NCBI GenBank assembly: GCA_051362555.1
Contig: CM120645.1
Location: 18,910,001-18,974,000 of the forward strand
Source: Lingula anatina
Taxonomy: Eukaryota > Animalia > Brachiopoda
Direction of reading: 5' to 3'
DNA: 64,000 nt
Shown: in pieces, positions 13,113 through 28,100 of the stretch
Layout of the letters: each line of letters begins with the position of its first letter
Numbering within the stretch: the stretch's first letter is position 1
Program-made: the position numbers and the translations under genes
The notes under the pieces: generated by a model
The model's database searches: none
What the model saw: the letters and a program-made list of their open reading frames with translations, nothing else
What the model was told of the DNA's origin: nothing

Positions 13113-16100
13113 TGTGATACATTTAAAATAAATTGAATTTGCGCGTAGATCCTTAAGTTTCTGTGTTCTTCTGTTCTCTCTCTCTCTCTCTCTCTCTGTC
13201 TTCCCCTTCCCTCCCTCTCCTACCTACTTTTCTCTTTTTTATTTCCACCCTCCCCTCTGTTTTAAAAGTACAAATTCACAGAATTTATTGCCTGTATTGG
13301 TAATGTAATGGGACATAGTTGGTTCTGGGAATAAAGAAAACAAAACTGCGCATTAAAACTAATGATGTGTATCAAAGATTCATAACTCTACAATTTCCCA
13401 GCATGGCAATTCTTGAAAGTGAATTGATGTTGTTTTTGTTTATGACATTTAGATTTCATTCTGACATTGATCAATGTTTTATTTATGATTTCAGGAGAAG
13501 ACAGAAATAGAAGGGACACTCTTTGTTTATCAGAGGTAAATAGCAATGAACATCTTGACAAACAAATTCTACTATTTTAATATTTTATTCAAAGGTAACA
13601 TTGAATTGACTTTCTGAAGAGCCTACCAACATTACTGCTTGATATTCTTTTTATGTACAGACACAGATGTGTCTGTACATATTGCCATCACCTGCGTCTG
13701 TCGTCGCCGTCGCCGTCGCCGATCATGTCGCCGTCGCCGTGCACTTTCAGCGTTAACACCATAAGTGGAAGACAGTTTTACTTTTTGGCTTTATATTTAC
13801 AGAGCTGACTAATATTCATAAAACGCAGGTCAAGTTCGAAAATCAGCATGATCGGGCCATTATTGTAGGATTTATGCTGTTTTTTCACTTTTTAGCATAT
13901 ATGCAACACTGTTAACACATTTCAAGGAAAACCGATAGACCTGTTGTCATGAAACTCACAGGAGTAATCAATCTTACTAAAACGCAGGTCAAGTTCGAAA
14001 ATCGGCATGATCGGGCCACTATTTTACTAGTTATGCTGTTTTTTACACTTTTCAGCATATATGCAACACTGTAAACACAATATAAGAAAAACAGATGGGC
14101 TAATTGTCATGAAAGTCACAGGAGTGGTCAGTTTTACTAAAATGCAGGTTGAGTTCGTAAATCAGCATAATCGTGCCATTATTTTAGAAGGTATGCTGTT
14201 TTTTCACATTTCCTCAGATTCAATTTTTAGGCATGTTAACAGTCTCATTATTAAACTAATAAGATACGTGAAAGTGTTTGTTTGACATTTCCTGCATCTT
14301 TACAACATTGTTAGTTGATTTTGTAAAAATGATGGTAAACATGTTATCGTGTATTGTGTAATAAAGTTTCAAAAATGGAAATAAACTCATATCATTGCAA
14401 TTTGTCAGATTCAATCATTCACTATGTTCAGAATCTCAGAATGGAAGAAATTGGACATTTAACACTGCTCTATTGATATTTTTCTCATCACATCAATTTT
14501 CTTAGTTGATCATATAAAAATGGCAGTAAACTGTTAATTTTGTTTTATGTTAAAAATTGTTAAAAATGGGGGAAAAAACATTTCAGAACAGTGCTGTCTT
14601 GTTTACATTTCGGCATTTTCAAGTTGTGACTTTGAAGTTCCATGGGCCTGAAGACCTTTGCTAGTCACATTTTCTGAATATCCATGATACTAATATTTTA
14701 TTATTAAAAATTGATGGTCATTATGCTGTTAAACATTATGTAATATTGCATCAAAATTTGAAAAAAAACTATTTTGGGCACTGCTCCCATGATTACCTTT
14801 TAAGAAAAACCATGTCACTCACTGTTCTCAAACTTACAGGAAAGAAACATGGGACTAAAATACAGCTTCAGTAGGCAATGCAATCTGCCAGATAAACAGT
14901 TTTTTTGTGAAAATTTAATTTTTCACATATTGGCATTTTCAAGGTGTGACTTTGAAGTTCCACAGGCTTGAAGACCCAGGCTAGTCACATTTTCTGAAAA
15001 TCCATGATACATATATTTTGTTATTAAAAAGTGATTGTCATTTTGCTGTTAACCATTATGTAATATTGCATCAGAATAGAAGAAAACACAATTTTGGGTG
15101 CTGCTGCCATGATGACCATTATGGGAAAACCATGTTACTTATGATTGCCAAACTTTCAAAAAAGAAATACAGGACTAAAATGCAGCCTGAGTTGGAAAAG
15201 CAGTCTAATTGACTTCTTTTTCTGGAAGTTTTACATTTTCAAAGTGTGAACTTGAACTCCCATGGGCCTGAAGCCTTATGCTTGTTTCACATTTTACTTA
15301 AATTGGTATTACCTGTTGAGCATAATTAAAATTTGATGTTGAATTTGCAGTTTAACATAATGTACTTTTGCATCAGAATTGACAGTAGCCTATTTTGTTA
15401 TTTCCTGCTTTTTGTCTGTACATTTGACAGCTTTGCTGCCTTGTTAAGAGTTTTAACATTAAAATGGGAAGAAAGGAGTATGGGAATATTCAGTTACTTT
15501 GTGGTTTTCTCGTGGAAATATATTAGAAGGTATTAAATAAGCAGAAAACAAGCAAGGTTTATATCTAAAGGCAAAACTCTATAGCTATTAATAGTTAGTT
15601 TGGCTAGAACAAGATACTTATTTTGTTCGTGGAATGATTCCCTTATTGTGGTAAGATATTATGTAACTAAAAAATTTTGATCGATTTTTAGGGGTACAGA
15701 CTCCCCTGGTAAACCTGGCCCTCAGGTGTACATTATTTTGTGTGTACGCCAGGTGTGGTATCATAAGTAATTGAGCTAATTTGTTCCACCATAAACTTTC
15801 CAATCTATAAGACTGGATTCAGATTAAAACACATTTTACCAGCCGGGCTGGTCCAACTCTGTTAGGGTTTCTCACTCAAGTGCAATCAGTGGAATCAGCT
15901 TGAATGTCTGACATGCCTCTTCAAGCTGTGAGGGGGTAATAAACTCTTGTGTGCTGATTAAGGGTCAAAACACGGTTACGGTGCCATGGGTGTCAAATTT
16001 TTTTTTTGTTTCATTGAAATTTAAACTTTTTACATTTTTGTAGAAAACAAATCAAATTTTCAGACAATGTAAGTTTCACTGATATACTCCCAGTACTCTT

Positions 16101-19100
16101 TCTGTGAGCCACTGGGAAACATAAAGGAAAAAAAAAAAATCTCTGACGGGACACATGGTCATATTGGCCTGAGTCAGATATTAGGTTATTTTTTCAAGTT
16201 TTTATCACCCAAATATGTTAAACTAATCAAAAGTAATAGTTTAATATAGAAAACTGCCACCTATCACTTATTTTGAGTAAAAAATTATTTAGCACTAGGA
16301 GTGGTGTGTCCCGTCAGAGACATTTGACTTTGAAAAGTTTTCATATTTTCCACATCTGGTAGGTTGTATAAATGAAACTTAAAATCCTCTTTTAAATAGT
16401 GATAAGTAATGATTATAGCTAAAAATTACAAAGTTAAAACAATTAACAGTGAATTTATTGCCACATTTTATCATTGTCTCTGACGGGACATTTTCTGTCT
16501 CTGACGGGACATTTTCTGACAGATGTGAAACACAAAGTTTTACATCTTCAATTGAATCATTTTCAAGTGTTCTGGTGTGTTAAATTCCTTTTTTTTTTTT
16601 TTTTTTTTTTTTGCAACTGATCATTACTGGGTAATTCATTACTGATTATTAGCTAGGTTGACTGTCAGTGATTAGGTGTTAACATGTGCCGTCAGAGATC
16701 ATGTCTCGAAGACCTCCAACATCAGCAATCATTCAGCAAAGTCCATTACTGGTCAGACGGAGCCCGATCCCCCAGTCAATTCAAATTTGGTTTTTACTGT
16801 CCAAACATGGTACTATCATAAAAGAGATTTTGGTATGGAAGTGCAGTGGTACTTTTTATACCACTGCCCATGGCCAAGGACCAGTGGATGGGATTGTAGG
16901 GGAAATGAAACATCAGGTTTGGAGAGCAGTGCTCTAGAGAAAAATGGTTGTAGATACACCTTATCAATTCTATTTGGCTGGCAAAGAATTATGCCCCAAT
17001 GTCAACGTAATGTACCTGTCTACAGCAGATATTGTAGCAGCTACCGCACCCATCAGCAGTCGCTGGGAAAACTGTCCATCCGTTCCAGGAATTCAACACT
17101 TCCAACAGCTCTAGTCCTAGCCACGTGGACATGTTCTTGTGTCAACCAATTCTCAGTACCAGCAACCCTCTTAATATGCTAAACTTATTCATATGACTGT
17201 GGACTTTGATTTGCCTGCACATCCGCACTATGACAATGTCAGCATAGGCACAGCTCAGTCTCACCAGGGAGATTTTGTCATTGCGGAGTTTGCTGCCAGG
17301 AAAGGAGTAAAACAATTCTTAGGTCAGGTCACCCATGACACTGAAGATGGCGAAGTGGAAGTCAGTTTCTTACCTACTGAAGGTTCCGGCAAAAGAATCT
17401 TTGTGTACCATGCCACAGAAGACAAAGCATGGATTCCCATAAAAGATGCAAAGGAAGTCCTTTTAATGCCTAGCATAGACAGTTGTGGACTTAACTTGTT
17501 TCCATCACCTGTTAATGTGACTGGTTGAAAAAAATCTCTTAAGTGCAGAAAAGATATGTGTTCTAAGACTAATTGAAAAACAGGAATTATTATGTGAACT
17601 ATCATGGACAGTGTTGATTGATATTGAGAAACAGCAGTAATGGACAGTGGATTACGTGAAAATTCTACTGTGCCTTATCGCTGTGTCATGATAATTAATT
17701 AATATTATTAACATATTGCATCTGGTGATTTTTCTAATCTGCAGAAATGCTTTTTTGCAATAACCATCAAGTAAGATTCATTAGATACAAAAATGTGGCT
17801 TTTTAAACCTCTTTTCTAAAATTTTTCAATAGTGCCCAAAAGTGTCCCGTCAGAGACGTCCCGTCAGAGACAGTGACTTTTTACACTTAACAGCCCATGC
17901 TGCCAAGGAAAGTAAACAAAACTGGCCTGTTTGTGCATTAATTGCTTCCCAAGACTTGTACCTTGCAATATGAATTACAAAAGTCTTGATTAAATGAAAT
18001 TTCAAAGAGAATTTTGCATTGGAGTTTTAGTAAAAAAATACAGGGGTCAAAAATGTCCCGTCAGAGACCGACCTTTAAGTGATTGTCATTCCCACATATA
18101 TTTCAATACAAATTAGCTGCTTGTTTTACATAATCCTTTATGGTCCAGCTAAATAAAAATGTATTTAAAAGTAACCATGTGGATCATTTACTAACTTTAA
18201 TTTTTAAAATTGTCTCTAAAATGTCCCGTCAGAGACATTTCAAATACCGTGTTTTGACCCTTTAAAAGCTGATTCCATGCATCTCAAAGATGAAAAAAGT
18301 GCTGCTTGGTAATTGTTTTGTAGATGATCAGTTTTCAGTGATTTTTATAGAAATTTAACTTAATCAGATAGGGATTAAATGAAGAAAAAAAAGCTGTTAA
18401 AAAGGTGTTATTTTTTGCTATAAAATTGTATTGTGTCTCTTTTTCTTCCAGTCACTCTCTCAAGTGACAATATCCCATTTTATCTGATTCTTTTAAGTGA
18501 AATTAGGTTATGTTCCCTTGAATTCTCAGGAAATGTCATTGATGGATTAGAATGCCCTTGTTGACAAAAATGACTGATCTCCTGTACTACCAGACAAGAG
18601 GTGATGGATTATTGAGAAGCTTTGTTATGTACTATACCACTGTCTGGGCATGCCCTTACATTAGAAAATTTGTCAAGTGTTTTGGATAATTTACTTAAGC
18701 AGGAGAGATTTTTTTGTCACTTAGTGGTGGATTTGGTGAACATTTTATAAATTAGCTGAGGCCAAAATTGCAATTATCTAGTCTCCATTGTAGCGGAACT
18801 TGAGTATAGCCATATATTAGGGTGTGTAATATTTTCAAGTAAAATGTTTTCAGGTGTCAAGTTTTTGTTTTCAACCTAATACAGTTTTTCAGTCCTATAA
18901 AACTGCCAACCAGTAGATTTCAAACGAATTTTTTATCTTTTTGCTTATTGATCAGGGCCCTCAACTATTTTTAAATTACTTGAGACTTTTGAGTCAATCA
19001 TTGGGTTTCATCCAAGAAGAATCATCCAAATGAAATGAATTGTTATTTTCATTAAAAACTCATTCTGTTGAACAAGACTGATTTGTTTGCCAGCAACAAA

Positions 19101-22100
19101 CCATAGGTGACTTTTTAAATTGCAGAATCAGAAAGTGTTGGTTATCCTAGGATAGCTAGTAGAACAAGTACTAATGGATCAAGCTTAGAGACTAGTCTCT
19201 CCAGGACTCCTTTTTGACCTTTCAGTTCAACCTTTACCTCACACCTAGTCTCCAAGAGAGTTCATACTTAGTGGCAACATTATTAACCTTTAAGACTGAA
19301 GTATGTCTGCAGAAGGATTGAATGGACCGTTTGGCGCTGATGCTATGTCTTCAAGACCAGATACCTCCTCTTAACCTTAGTGAACGGAAGCCCTGGTGCG
19401 TTGGGTTGGGGGTCAGGTCTCGCTCAAAACATTTCACATTGATAATCTGTGGCATACCGTATTTAGTTGATATGATGTAGTAATATATCTCCTGTAGTGT
19501 GATGTATTCACATATCCATTGTCACTGCATTGTTTTTTTGTACATTTGATTGTGAAATCTATAAAAAAATACTTGTTATCCCCTGGCTGACAATATGACT
19601 ACCTGAACTTCCGGGACCTGAAGATCTTTTTTTTTCACCTTGTTTATACACATATGTTCAACTTACAAGAAAATTGTGCCATAAATGCAAAGTTGTTGAA
19701 GTAGGTACCTTTAAAAATAAACAGTCTTTGACCATGAACAGTTTTGAAGGGTAAGAACCATGGAGTTATCCAACAAGCATAACATTTACCTAAAAGCTCC
19801 ACTAAAGTTTACATCAAAACATTAATTACTGCGAGTGTTTATACATCTCTCCTCTGATGACCAAAACAAGACAGTTTCAGTCCAACAGCTATCTCTCTCT
19901 CTCTCTCTTTCTCATTGCTCCTAATGAGGCTCACTCCATAGGGCGTGAGTATTTCCTACCAGCCATCTAGCATGCTGCTGGGTGTGCATAGAGACTTAAA
20001 AAATAAAATGTTACTGAAAGTGTACAGCATGCACATTTCCTGGAGTACCCCAACTCTGACAACACAACGAATTGGACAATGATTTTCATCTTTCCTTGCA
20101 AAACATGCCAGTTTCTCAGGAAATGTCATAACAAGGTGTCCCATTTGTTTTTTTACTTTGTAGGTAGCTTAAACAAAAATCTAGAAATTGAATTTGGAAA
20201 AAATATTTTTTTCCAGTGAAACTAAGACACCATTTAGCTGCTATGTTATTTTTGCTAACTATCTGATGGTAATAGGAATTAGAAGTTTGTGTTAGATGAC
20301 AGAAAACTCAATACTAATATTCCGTTTTCATTTAAGTATGATAAAAATCCATCAACCATTCTGAATTAAGGTTTGATTGTTGCTCAATCGTAGAGAATCT
20401 CGTATAGTGGGATGTTATTAATTCACCTGTCAACAGTGATGAAGACATTTAATTGAAACATGATATTCACTCGCATGCACATTCTACAACTTTACTAGCA
20501 GTTTTAAAATGCTACTCAAATTATTCAAGAACTTCCCATTCACATCCTACAACTTTTGGGTAGAAAACTTTTTAACTAGCAGTTTTACAATGAGTAGGCA
20601 ATAGAAGATGTTTAAGAAGATTCCCCTAGCTAGATCAACAAACATAAACAGGAAGGTAGTGGTGGCTGGCTTCCATTTATAAATTACAGGTGGACGTGGA
20701 GGCAAATTGTTTCTAACAGATTATAGGTATATGGCAATGCATCAATTTCTTGATGAAGGAAGCATGACAAGTAAATTACTTAATTGAGGCATTGAAATCT
20801 GCTGATGAATATATTTATGTGTTTTGTAATATCTTTATCCTGGGATGAACTTTGATATAATTAATCATTTTAGTGGAATATATGTAGAAATGCCCCTTTG
20901 AAGTCTTTTATTATTGTTGGTCATAGAAGGGGGGTTTCCAAAAAATGTTCTGACATGTTTATTAGCAATTATTTTAATGGCATTATGTACATGCATTGTT
21001 GTGGAAATAAGTAATTACGTAAAAGGTGCCATGTGAAAAGGGCATTTTTATGATTGAAATTATTTTTCATTTCCGCCGTGTAGAAGGCTGACCAGTATCC
21101 TGTTACTGTTATCAGTATGTTGCTCCTCAGAGATGAGTTTATATTTAACTAGGTACCTAATAAATCAATGATGGCTGAAACTCACGGGCTGGGTGTTGCA
21201 GACAATTAACATGTGAATAGCTTGTACATATATATATCATCCTGTGTACCACTGGCAGACTAATGGCATCAAATGGACCAAATAAACATATATATATATG
21301 TTGTCAGGCCAAGAGAAAATGACTGTGAATTAGTTTTACATTATGGCCATTCAAACTGGCAGTTTTGACTATGAATAAGGCCTGATCGCGGTCCAATCGG
21401 AGTTCACTTCTCTAACTACAATATCCTTAAAAATGAATACAGTATTTTTAATGGGACTATTGCTACCAATCTGTTGTCAAGGTGCGCAAATATTTTGGTC
21501 TAAAAGTTTAGACCCGTTTTCAGGCTAAAGCTCTGCTCATTTCTGTTCTTATTGCCGTAACTTTTCGACTAGAATATCTTGGTTTGCTCTTTATTCGAGT
21601 CATTATCTCTGGGTGTAAACGCGGCAGTCGGCCCTGGTGTGCTTTTCCGATCCAAGTTATCTGCAGGTCAGGACAAATGAGTCAGGAATGGTCTCCGTAG
21701 GCATTAGAAATTCAAGAACTGCTGCAACCGAAGCCAGGGGATATGCAAGATGGCCTCTCTGGGGAGAAGGGTGCCATGTGACTTGAGTGATTTGCATGCA
21801 TTTTCTCTGGCAGCTTCAGAGGCAATTAGTTTTCCAACTTCCAAGAAGATCAATGAGCTGTATACTTTGTAAACTTCCTTGTTGGTAAAAGTGCATTAAA
21901 AATGTGTCATTCTCATATTTTTTTCGTTATAATCCATGAAGATATCTTGCTGAATTTGGGGCTTTGACTTTATCTGGTTAATGCTGATGTTGTCAGTTCG
22001 TGGCTTGGCTGTGTGTCTGTCTGGCGTCAAGTAGTCTGTGTGTGCCTGTCTATCCTTTTATCTTTCTGACAATCGTCTGTCAGTTTTAAAGCAGGTGTTC

Positions 22101-25100
22101 ATATTGATTGGTAAATAGTGAACAGTTGTCCAGAGTAATTCTTTGCATTATTATTATTATTATTATTATTATTGTTTTATCATATTATGTTTTTTTCATT
22201 CCAAAATTTAAATGATGAATAAAAAAAATTAGATTAATTTTATTATGTTTTGCCATTTATATATTGTTTGCTAAAAAGAAGAAGATGTTTGGAATCTGTA
22301 GACTCAATCTCTTCCTCCTAAAAAATGTACTGAATCATTTTCACACCTGATTACACAAAAGAAGCTGTTTGGAAGTGCCCTAAACTACTTCACTTTTGAA
22401 CTCTGTCCTCAGAACCAGAAATTAAGAGCATGAGTTTTGAGAAAATAAACCAATTTTACAGTCTTTTTCATGCTGTCTTGGAACCCCAATCTTCTCAGGA
22501 GCTTTATGGGAACCAGCTGTGGCAGCGTTATTTTGGTCCTTATTTGAGGTGATAGTGTTACAGTCCTATGGCTGAGATTCCCACTACCTCCACCTGTTCT
22601 GAAGACTTCTGTAGCTAGTGTTGTTATACAGGTGTTCTAACCAGACTGGGGCCTGTCTGGGGATTTGGTACCACCTAGCAAACTCCCTAAATCTTAAAGC
22701 TGAGCATAGTGTTTTATGCCCCTTTTGAAATATGAGAAATGAACGTTTTTGCTCTGTTTGATAATTATGTTATCTCTTTTGTCGATTGGCAGTTGCTCAA
22801 ATGACGGACTGACAGATTGAGGATAGCAAACTCGTTTGCAAAGATGAATTTATAAAGAAAAACTGTGATCTGGTATCGCCAGGGTGTCTGTCAGCTGTAA
22901 GTGATTGGGGGTTTTAAAAGCAGCAACCTCAGATTTAGCCAGGGAGTATCCCATTTGCAATCTCTGCTGGTATCAAAGTATTACAACCAAATTATCATTC
23001 TTACCTACCATACTTTCTAGCTTCTGTAGGAGGTACTAATGGAAAGAGCTGCATTAATTCCTAGGCCTGTTAGAAAACTAGTATCCATATTCATTTAGTA
23101 GTAATTTCATCATTGTCTGGTAGATTTTGTCATGGACTAGAAAATGTATAGTAGTAAGGTAGTCGTCCCAGTGGCATTTATGTTGAATACTAGTTGTCAC
23201 ATTTAATAAGGGAAGGAAACATGAATATGGTAATAACATCCCCAGTTATTCCGGCATCTGAATTTTTCATAATTCATCATTTTCAGATTTTAAAAAAAAT
23301 CATTTTTTGATAAGGCACCTAGCTCACTTTTCATAATGTCAGGTCATCTTTTTCCAATATTAGTAAGAAATGATGGTTTTGTGGGTTAAAGTTGAGTCTT
23401 TTTTTTTTTTAGATTATAATGCTTCATTAGTAAAATATTCACCACAGTCATGTGGGACTCTTCTGTATTAGGTTAAAATATTGGAAATCTTCACATCATG
23501 CAAAATCCTACTTAATACAGCAGTTTTCACTGTCAGTACAGGCAGTTCTAACAAGCAAGCAATTCCAATATGCACCAAACCAGGTAAGAACAAGCAGTTC
23601 CAGCAATCACTTCAGATAAGCTGTTAAAACTCAGACTCTACACTCCATAGCTGTCAAATCAGGCCGTCAACACCTTCACCAAGCTTCACTCACATACTCC
23701 AGTCTCTGACCGCGTCTTGACATCTTCGTGTTGCCAGTATTTTCAATCCACATAAGTTAGATTACTCTCAGCAGTGGCTGATTTAAAGAATTACCAAGAC
23801 TGTGGTAAAGCTCTCTCCCCTACTCTCTCATCTAATCCAAGAGCAATTGATTCTCTTTTAAAGAAATAATTGGTGCTGGGGATAATGTAAGTGTGACTAT
23901 CACTTATGTTTTTAAAGGTAAAAGTGGGATCTTCATGGAAATTGATGGCCTGATTTGGGGGGGGGGGGGGGGGGGGAGTCCAGAATGTAACATTCTTGAT
24001 ACAACATGATTATACAAGATGCACAGCTGATGAATTGAAAGGTACAGAAACATATTTTGGTGTTGGACATCTAATGATTGAAGTGAAAGTCTGAAAGGCT
24101 GGTCTGTAGACCCAAGTGAGCAGGGATTTCATACTGTTTTTTTTCCTTCTTAGACTATTAAAAAGAAGTTACCTTTACAGAACATAGCTACATTGTACTT
24201 AGGTCAGTACAGATTTGTGTTGTATTTCCTTGCTTATGTAAATGTTGGGCTACAGTGCCCCCATCATTATGCAGTATGTTGAATGGGTGGTCATTTGAAA
24301 ATGAGACAGCTATGCAATGTTTTCTTGTATAATGTACTGGCTTGACACTTGACCAGGTCTCTGAATTGATGGTCATCTACCAGGGAATTGTCAGAGGTGG
24401 GACACTTGTTAAATTGGCCAGAAGAGCTAAAACTGACCAGCCTAAGAGCTCAGAATTAGAGGTGCATTTACACAGGAAACTCTCAAACCATCTCTGAAAT
24501 GTTTGTATGTCCATCTATTTGGAAATGGAGAGGAAAATGATTTGATACCTTTCGGTACAAAAAAAGATGAGCCAACATATTGAGATTTTGGTCGTAATTT
24601 TCTGGCAGTGCACAGCAACATTCATAATCTTGTGCAGATATTGTCTTGTATAAACTTGTTTTTTTTTAGACTGGTCCTAACCCGTACCATGAATTTTTCA
24701 CTTTTAATGTACTTCATTGATTGTTAAAATATAAACAGTTACATTTTACAGGCTCTGTACACTACTAATTTTATATATATACATATGTAACATACTCAAC
24801 TAAATACAATTACTTAATACAATGTTTTCCCTTTGCTGTTCCCCTACCAATTACATTCAGGTTATTTAAAATGGCCTGCAGTTACTGATGTTATGGGATT
24901 GTATGAGATAGATGAAAAGGTTTTAAAGAAAAAATAATATTACAGAGGGGAAAGATGCTATGTTATGGCCCAAAAATGGGTCTGAGGCACATTTGGGGGC
25001 TTACATCTGGGAACTGCAGAAACAAATGGAGTGGTACGGGGCCGTTTTATTTTTGCTTACGTGAATGCATCTCATGAGCAGAATCTTATAATCAGGTGTG

Positions 25101-28100
25101 GTACCATGAACTCTCTCTGTCTGTTTGTTGTTTAGTCTTTCCATTATCTGGCAAGATCTCCTCTCTGTTTTTAGGCAACTTAGCACATGGATTTATTTAC
25201 CTGTGTGTTTTAAGATTGTGGTGGTTGAATCCAATTGAGCAATATGCCGTATCTCTCTCTCTCTCTCTCTCTCTTGTTCACTCTCTCTCTCTCTCATAAT
25301 ACTACAATATGCAATTAAAGTTCCCAGACACTCAAAACACAGAGAAGTGTGCAGACAGATGGGAGGATCCCATATGCTTGCCATTGTGCTTTTGAAACTG
25401 GTCACCTTAATTAAATCTATACCTTGGCCTGCTAGCCTATGTATATGTATTTATGGCCAGTTCTCCTCTTTCTTCAGGTACTCCAGTCTTTGTGCATTCT
25501 GTCTGCTGCTTGACCCTGTGGACTTGCTAAGGCATGAGAACTGATGCTTTTGGCCATATTAGAGCTTAGATATATGCTGTATTTTTTAAGGAGAGATGGA
25601 GGGGATTTAAAATAATGAAATGATGAAACAACTTCAGCTATCTTTGAATGTCCTTAGTTTATTGATTGCAACTCTGTAACTAAAACATTAATGTTGATTT
25701 GCTGGAAATTTTCTAATTGGGACATTAAGTATTTTGTTTATATATTGTTCAAATATAAAAAGAGACAGAAAATCTCTGGATTTGATAGCAAAATGCAATC
25801 AGATTGTACATATAAGACTCCACGCGGCTTGTCACCTTATAACTTGAACTCAATCCTGTGGAACAGATTTTTTTTCTTTTTTGTAAGAAAAAATTGATGT
25901 GAACATTTCCCAATGTGATTCTTGTGCATGCCTTGAGTTATATGGTATCTACAGTATTTTGATATTTAAATTGCATTTTTCCAGGTATGTTATTCAAGGA
26001 AAGAGAAGTGCTTAAACAATAACTAATCAATAGGATTTCTCTCTCTCTCTCTCTTTCTCTCTCTCTCCACTTGTGTTCTTGTGTGCATGTGAGTTTACTT
26101 TGCTAACTGGGAATAATACAGAATGTCTGACAGGTTTCACCCTTAAAAATGACTTGCAATTCTGTTTTATAAACATAAGTAGAATAATGATATTTTGAAA
26201 AAACAAACAACTCGGGATTAAAACATGTAGAGTCTGTAAATGAACAGATATTGATAGATGTAGGCTGAAAGATGAACCCACTCTTCATTCTGATGAAAAG
26301 TACACTGCATTAATAAATAAGACCCTCAAAGCCAGTGGGACTGGAAGAAAACAATGATAGAAGTGGGACCGACTTGACAGCCCATTTATAATGCAGTTTG
26401 TTTTTTTCCAGGAAATGTATTTTCTCTACCAAATTTGTGGCAGATTAGTACATCTATTTATAGGTCTGTGTTTGAGGCACAACAGATAATGGACATTTGT
26501 GGCTTTCACGCAAGGTGCTCTTTATAAAAGGAAAATAGCATTGTGAATAAAATTATATTAAAAGTTATAGATAGTGATTTACTGGGTTCTCTAAAGCAAA
26601 ATTTGCTTCAGCCAAAACAACAGATTTTTAGCAAAATCAAATATTTGAGTCAAATAATTGCTAAATTAACACACAAAGAAGACACTTTCTTCCACAATTG
26701 ATGAAAGAGGAGTCTGCTTGCTTGAATACAAGTTTGATTAAAATTATTTTGTCCTTTAAAAAGCCTAAGGCCACATTGAGGGACTAGCCTGTTAATTGTA
26801 TACCTGTTATCATTCTTTTCACAGAAGTAAAATCAAGTGATACAAATTGAATACAAATTTGAAATTAAAAAAAAAAAAAATGTATTTTGACATATCTGTC
26901 CAGCAATTGATGATGGAAATTGTAGATGATATGTTATATACATGTGATAATACATTTCAACTTGTTGTCAAGGAACTCTGAGAAAAAAATCTGTTTTACT
27001 TACCAAGAGAAAATTCCAGTTATTGTTCCAAATAATGGAGTTTCTGATCCCTGTAAGTGCACCATCCATTTACTGTAGAATCTATAAGGTCAGTAGTAAT
27101 TTCCTTCTTTCTCTCCTAATAGAATGCACTCCTATATATTTTTTAGTCAAAACAGAATATATAAATCCTGGAGTAATAGAGCTGTGGAAGTAAAGGAAGT
27201 ATTGCAGTCACTCTCTCAGGCAGACTCATATAAAGTATCTGCCTCTCCGAGCAAGCTGCCGTATCTCTTCCTATCTTTACTGCGGCATGGACCGCTACAG
27301 CTATAGTTAGGACCGTGAATTTTTTGTTTGACGAATTACCATGGGAGCCACAGCTGTTGTCAGCATCAGGTAGAACAGGAAGCTAAATTATGGATACCAT
27401 GTAAAAATGGTGAGATTATTTATATTTTGGATTAATTCCTCCCAGCTTGCGATGTATGCAATATCTGATTGTGTTCCTCCTGCTCACTATGGTAGTGCCT
27501 TACCTTTCCTGAATGATGCCTGTTTTAGAAAGTCCCTCCTGTTGGCAGAGTAGAGAGATAGGGGATGACTACAGAGTTATGCTGATGAATAATTGGTCAG
27601 GTTGATGTCTTGGGGTGGGCCAAAGGCTACCAGAATGTCCACCTGTTTACAGGTGCCTTGGAATGTATCGGACAGTGATGAAGGAATGGAGGGAGGAAAG
27701 GTGCTAAGTCACCAGGGGTGTTGGTCAAAATGACCAACTCGGGCTAATTGATAAGGGAGGAGGGAGAACTATGGGTGGTAATGGACATTACTTGTCATCA
27801 AATGACCAATCCTGTGTAGTCACAGTCCTGACTGCCTTATTCACAAACACCTTACTTTGGGCCTTAATTCCTGGAAGACTTTTTTTTTTCAGTTATCTTT
27901 TACTTGTTTAACTGGCATCAAAGCCGTTCAAGCTCACTGGAGATAAAGTGATGGTTTCACAGCATCTGTTGTAAGCTTCTGTAGAGTGCCACCTGATACT
28001 GGCTTTATTTACAGATCATTTGAGTAAAGTGTCTCCATGTTATTTCCAAAAGTACATGCAAGAGGATGTTTTAAAATATTTTGGATAAATCTTGATGGCT

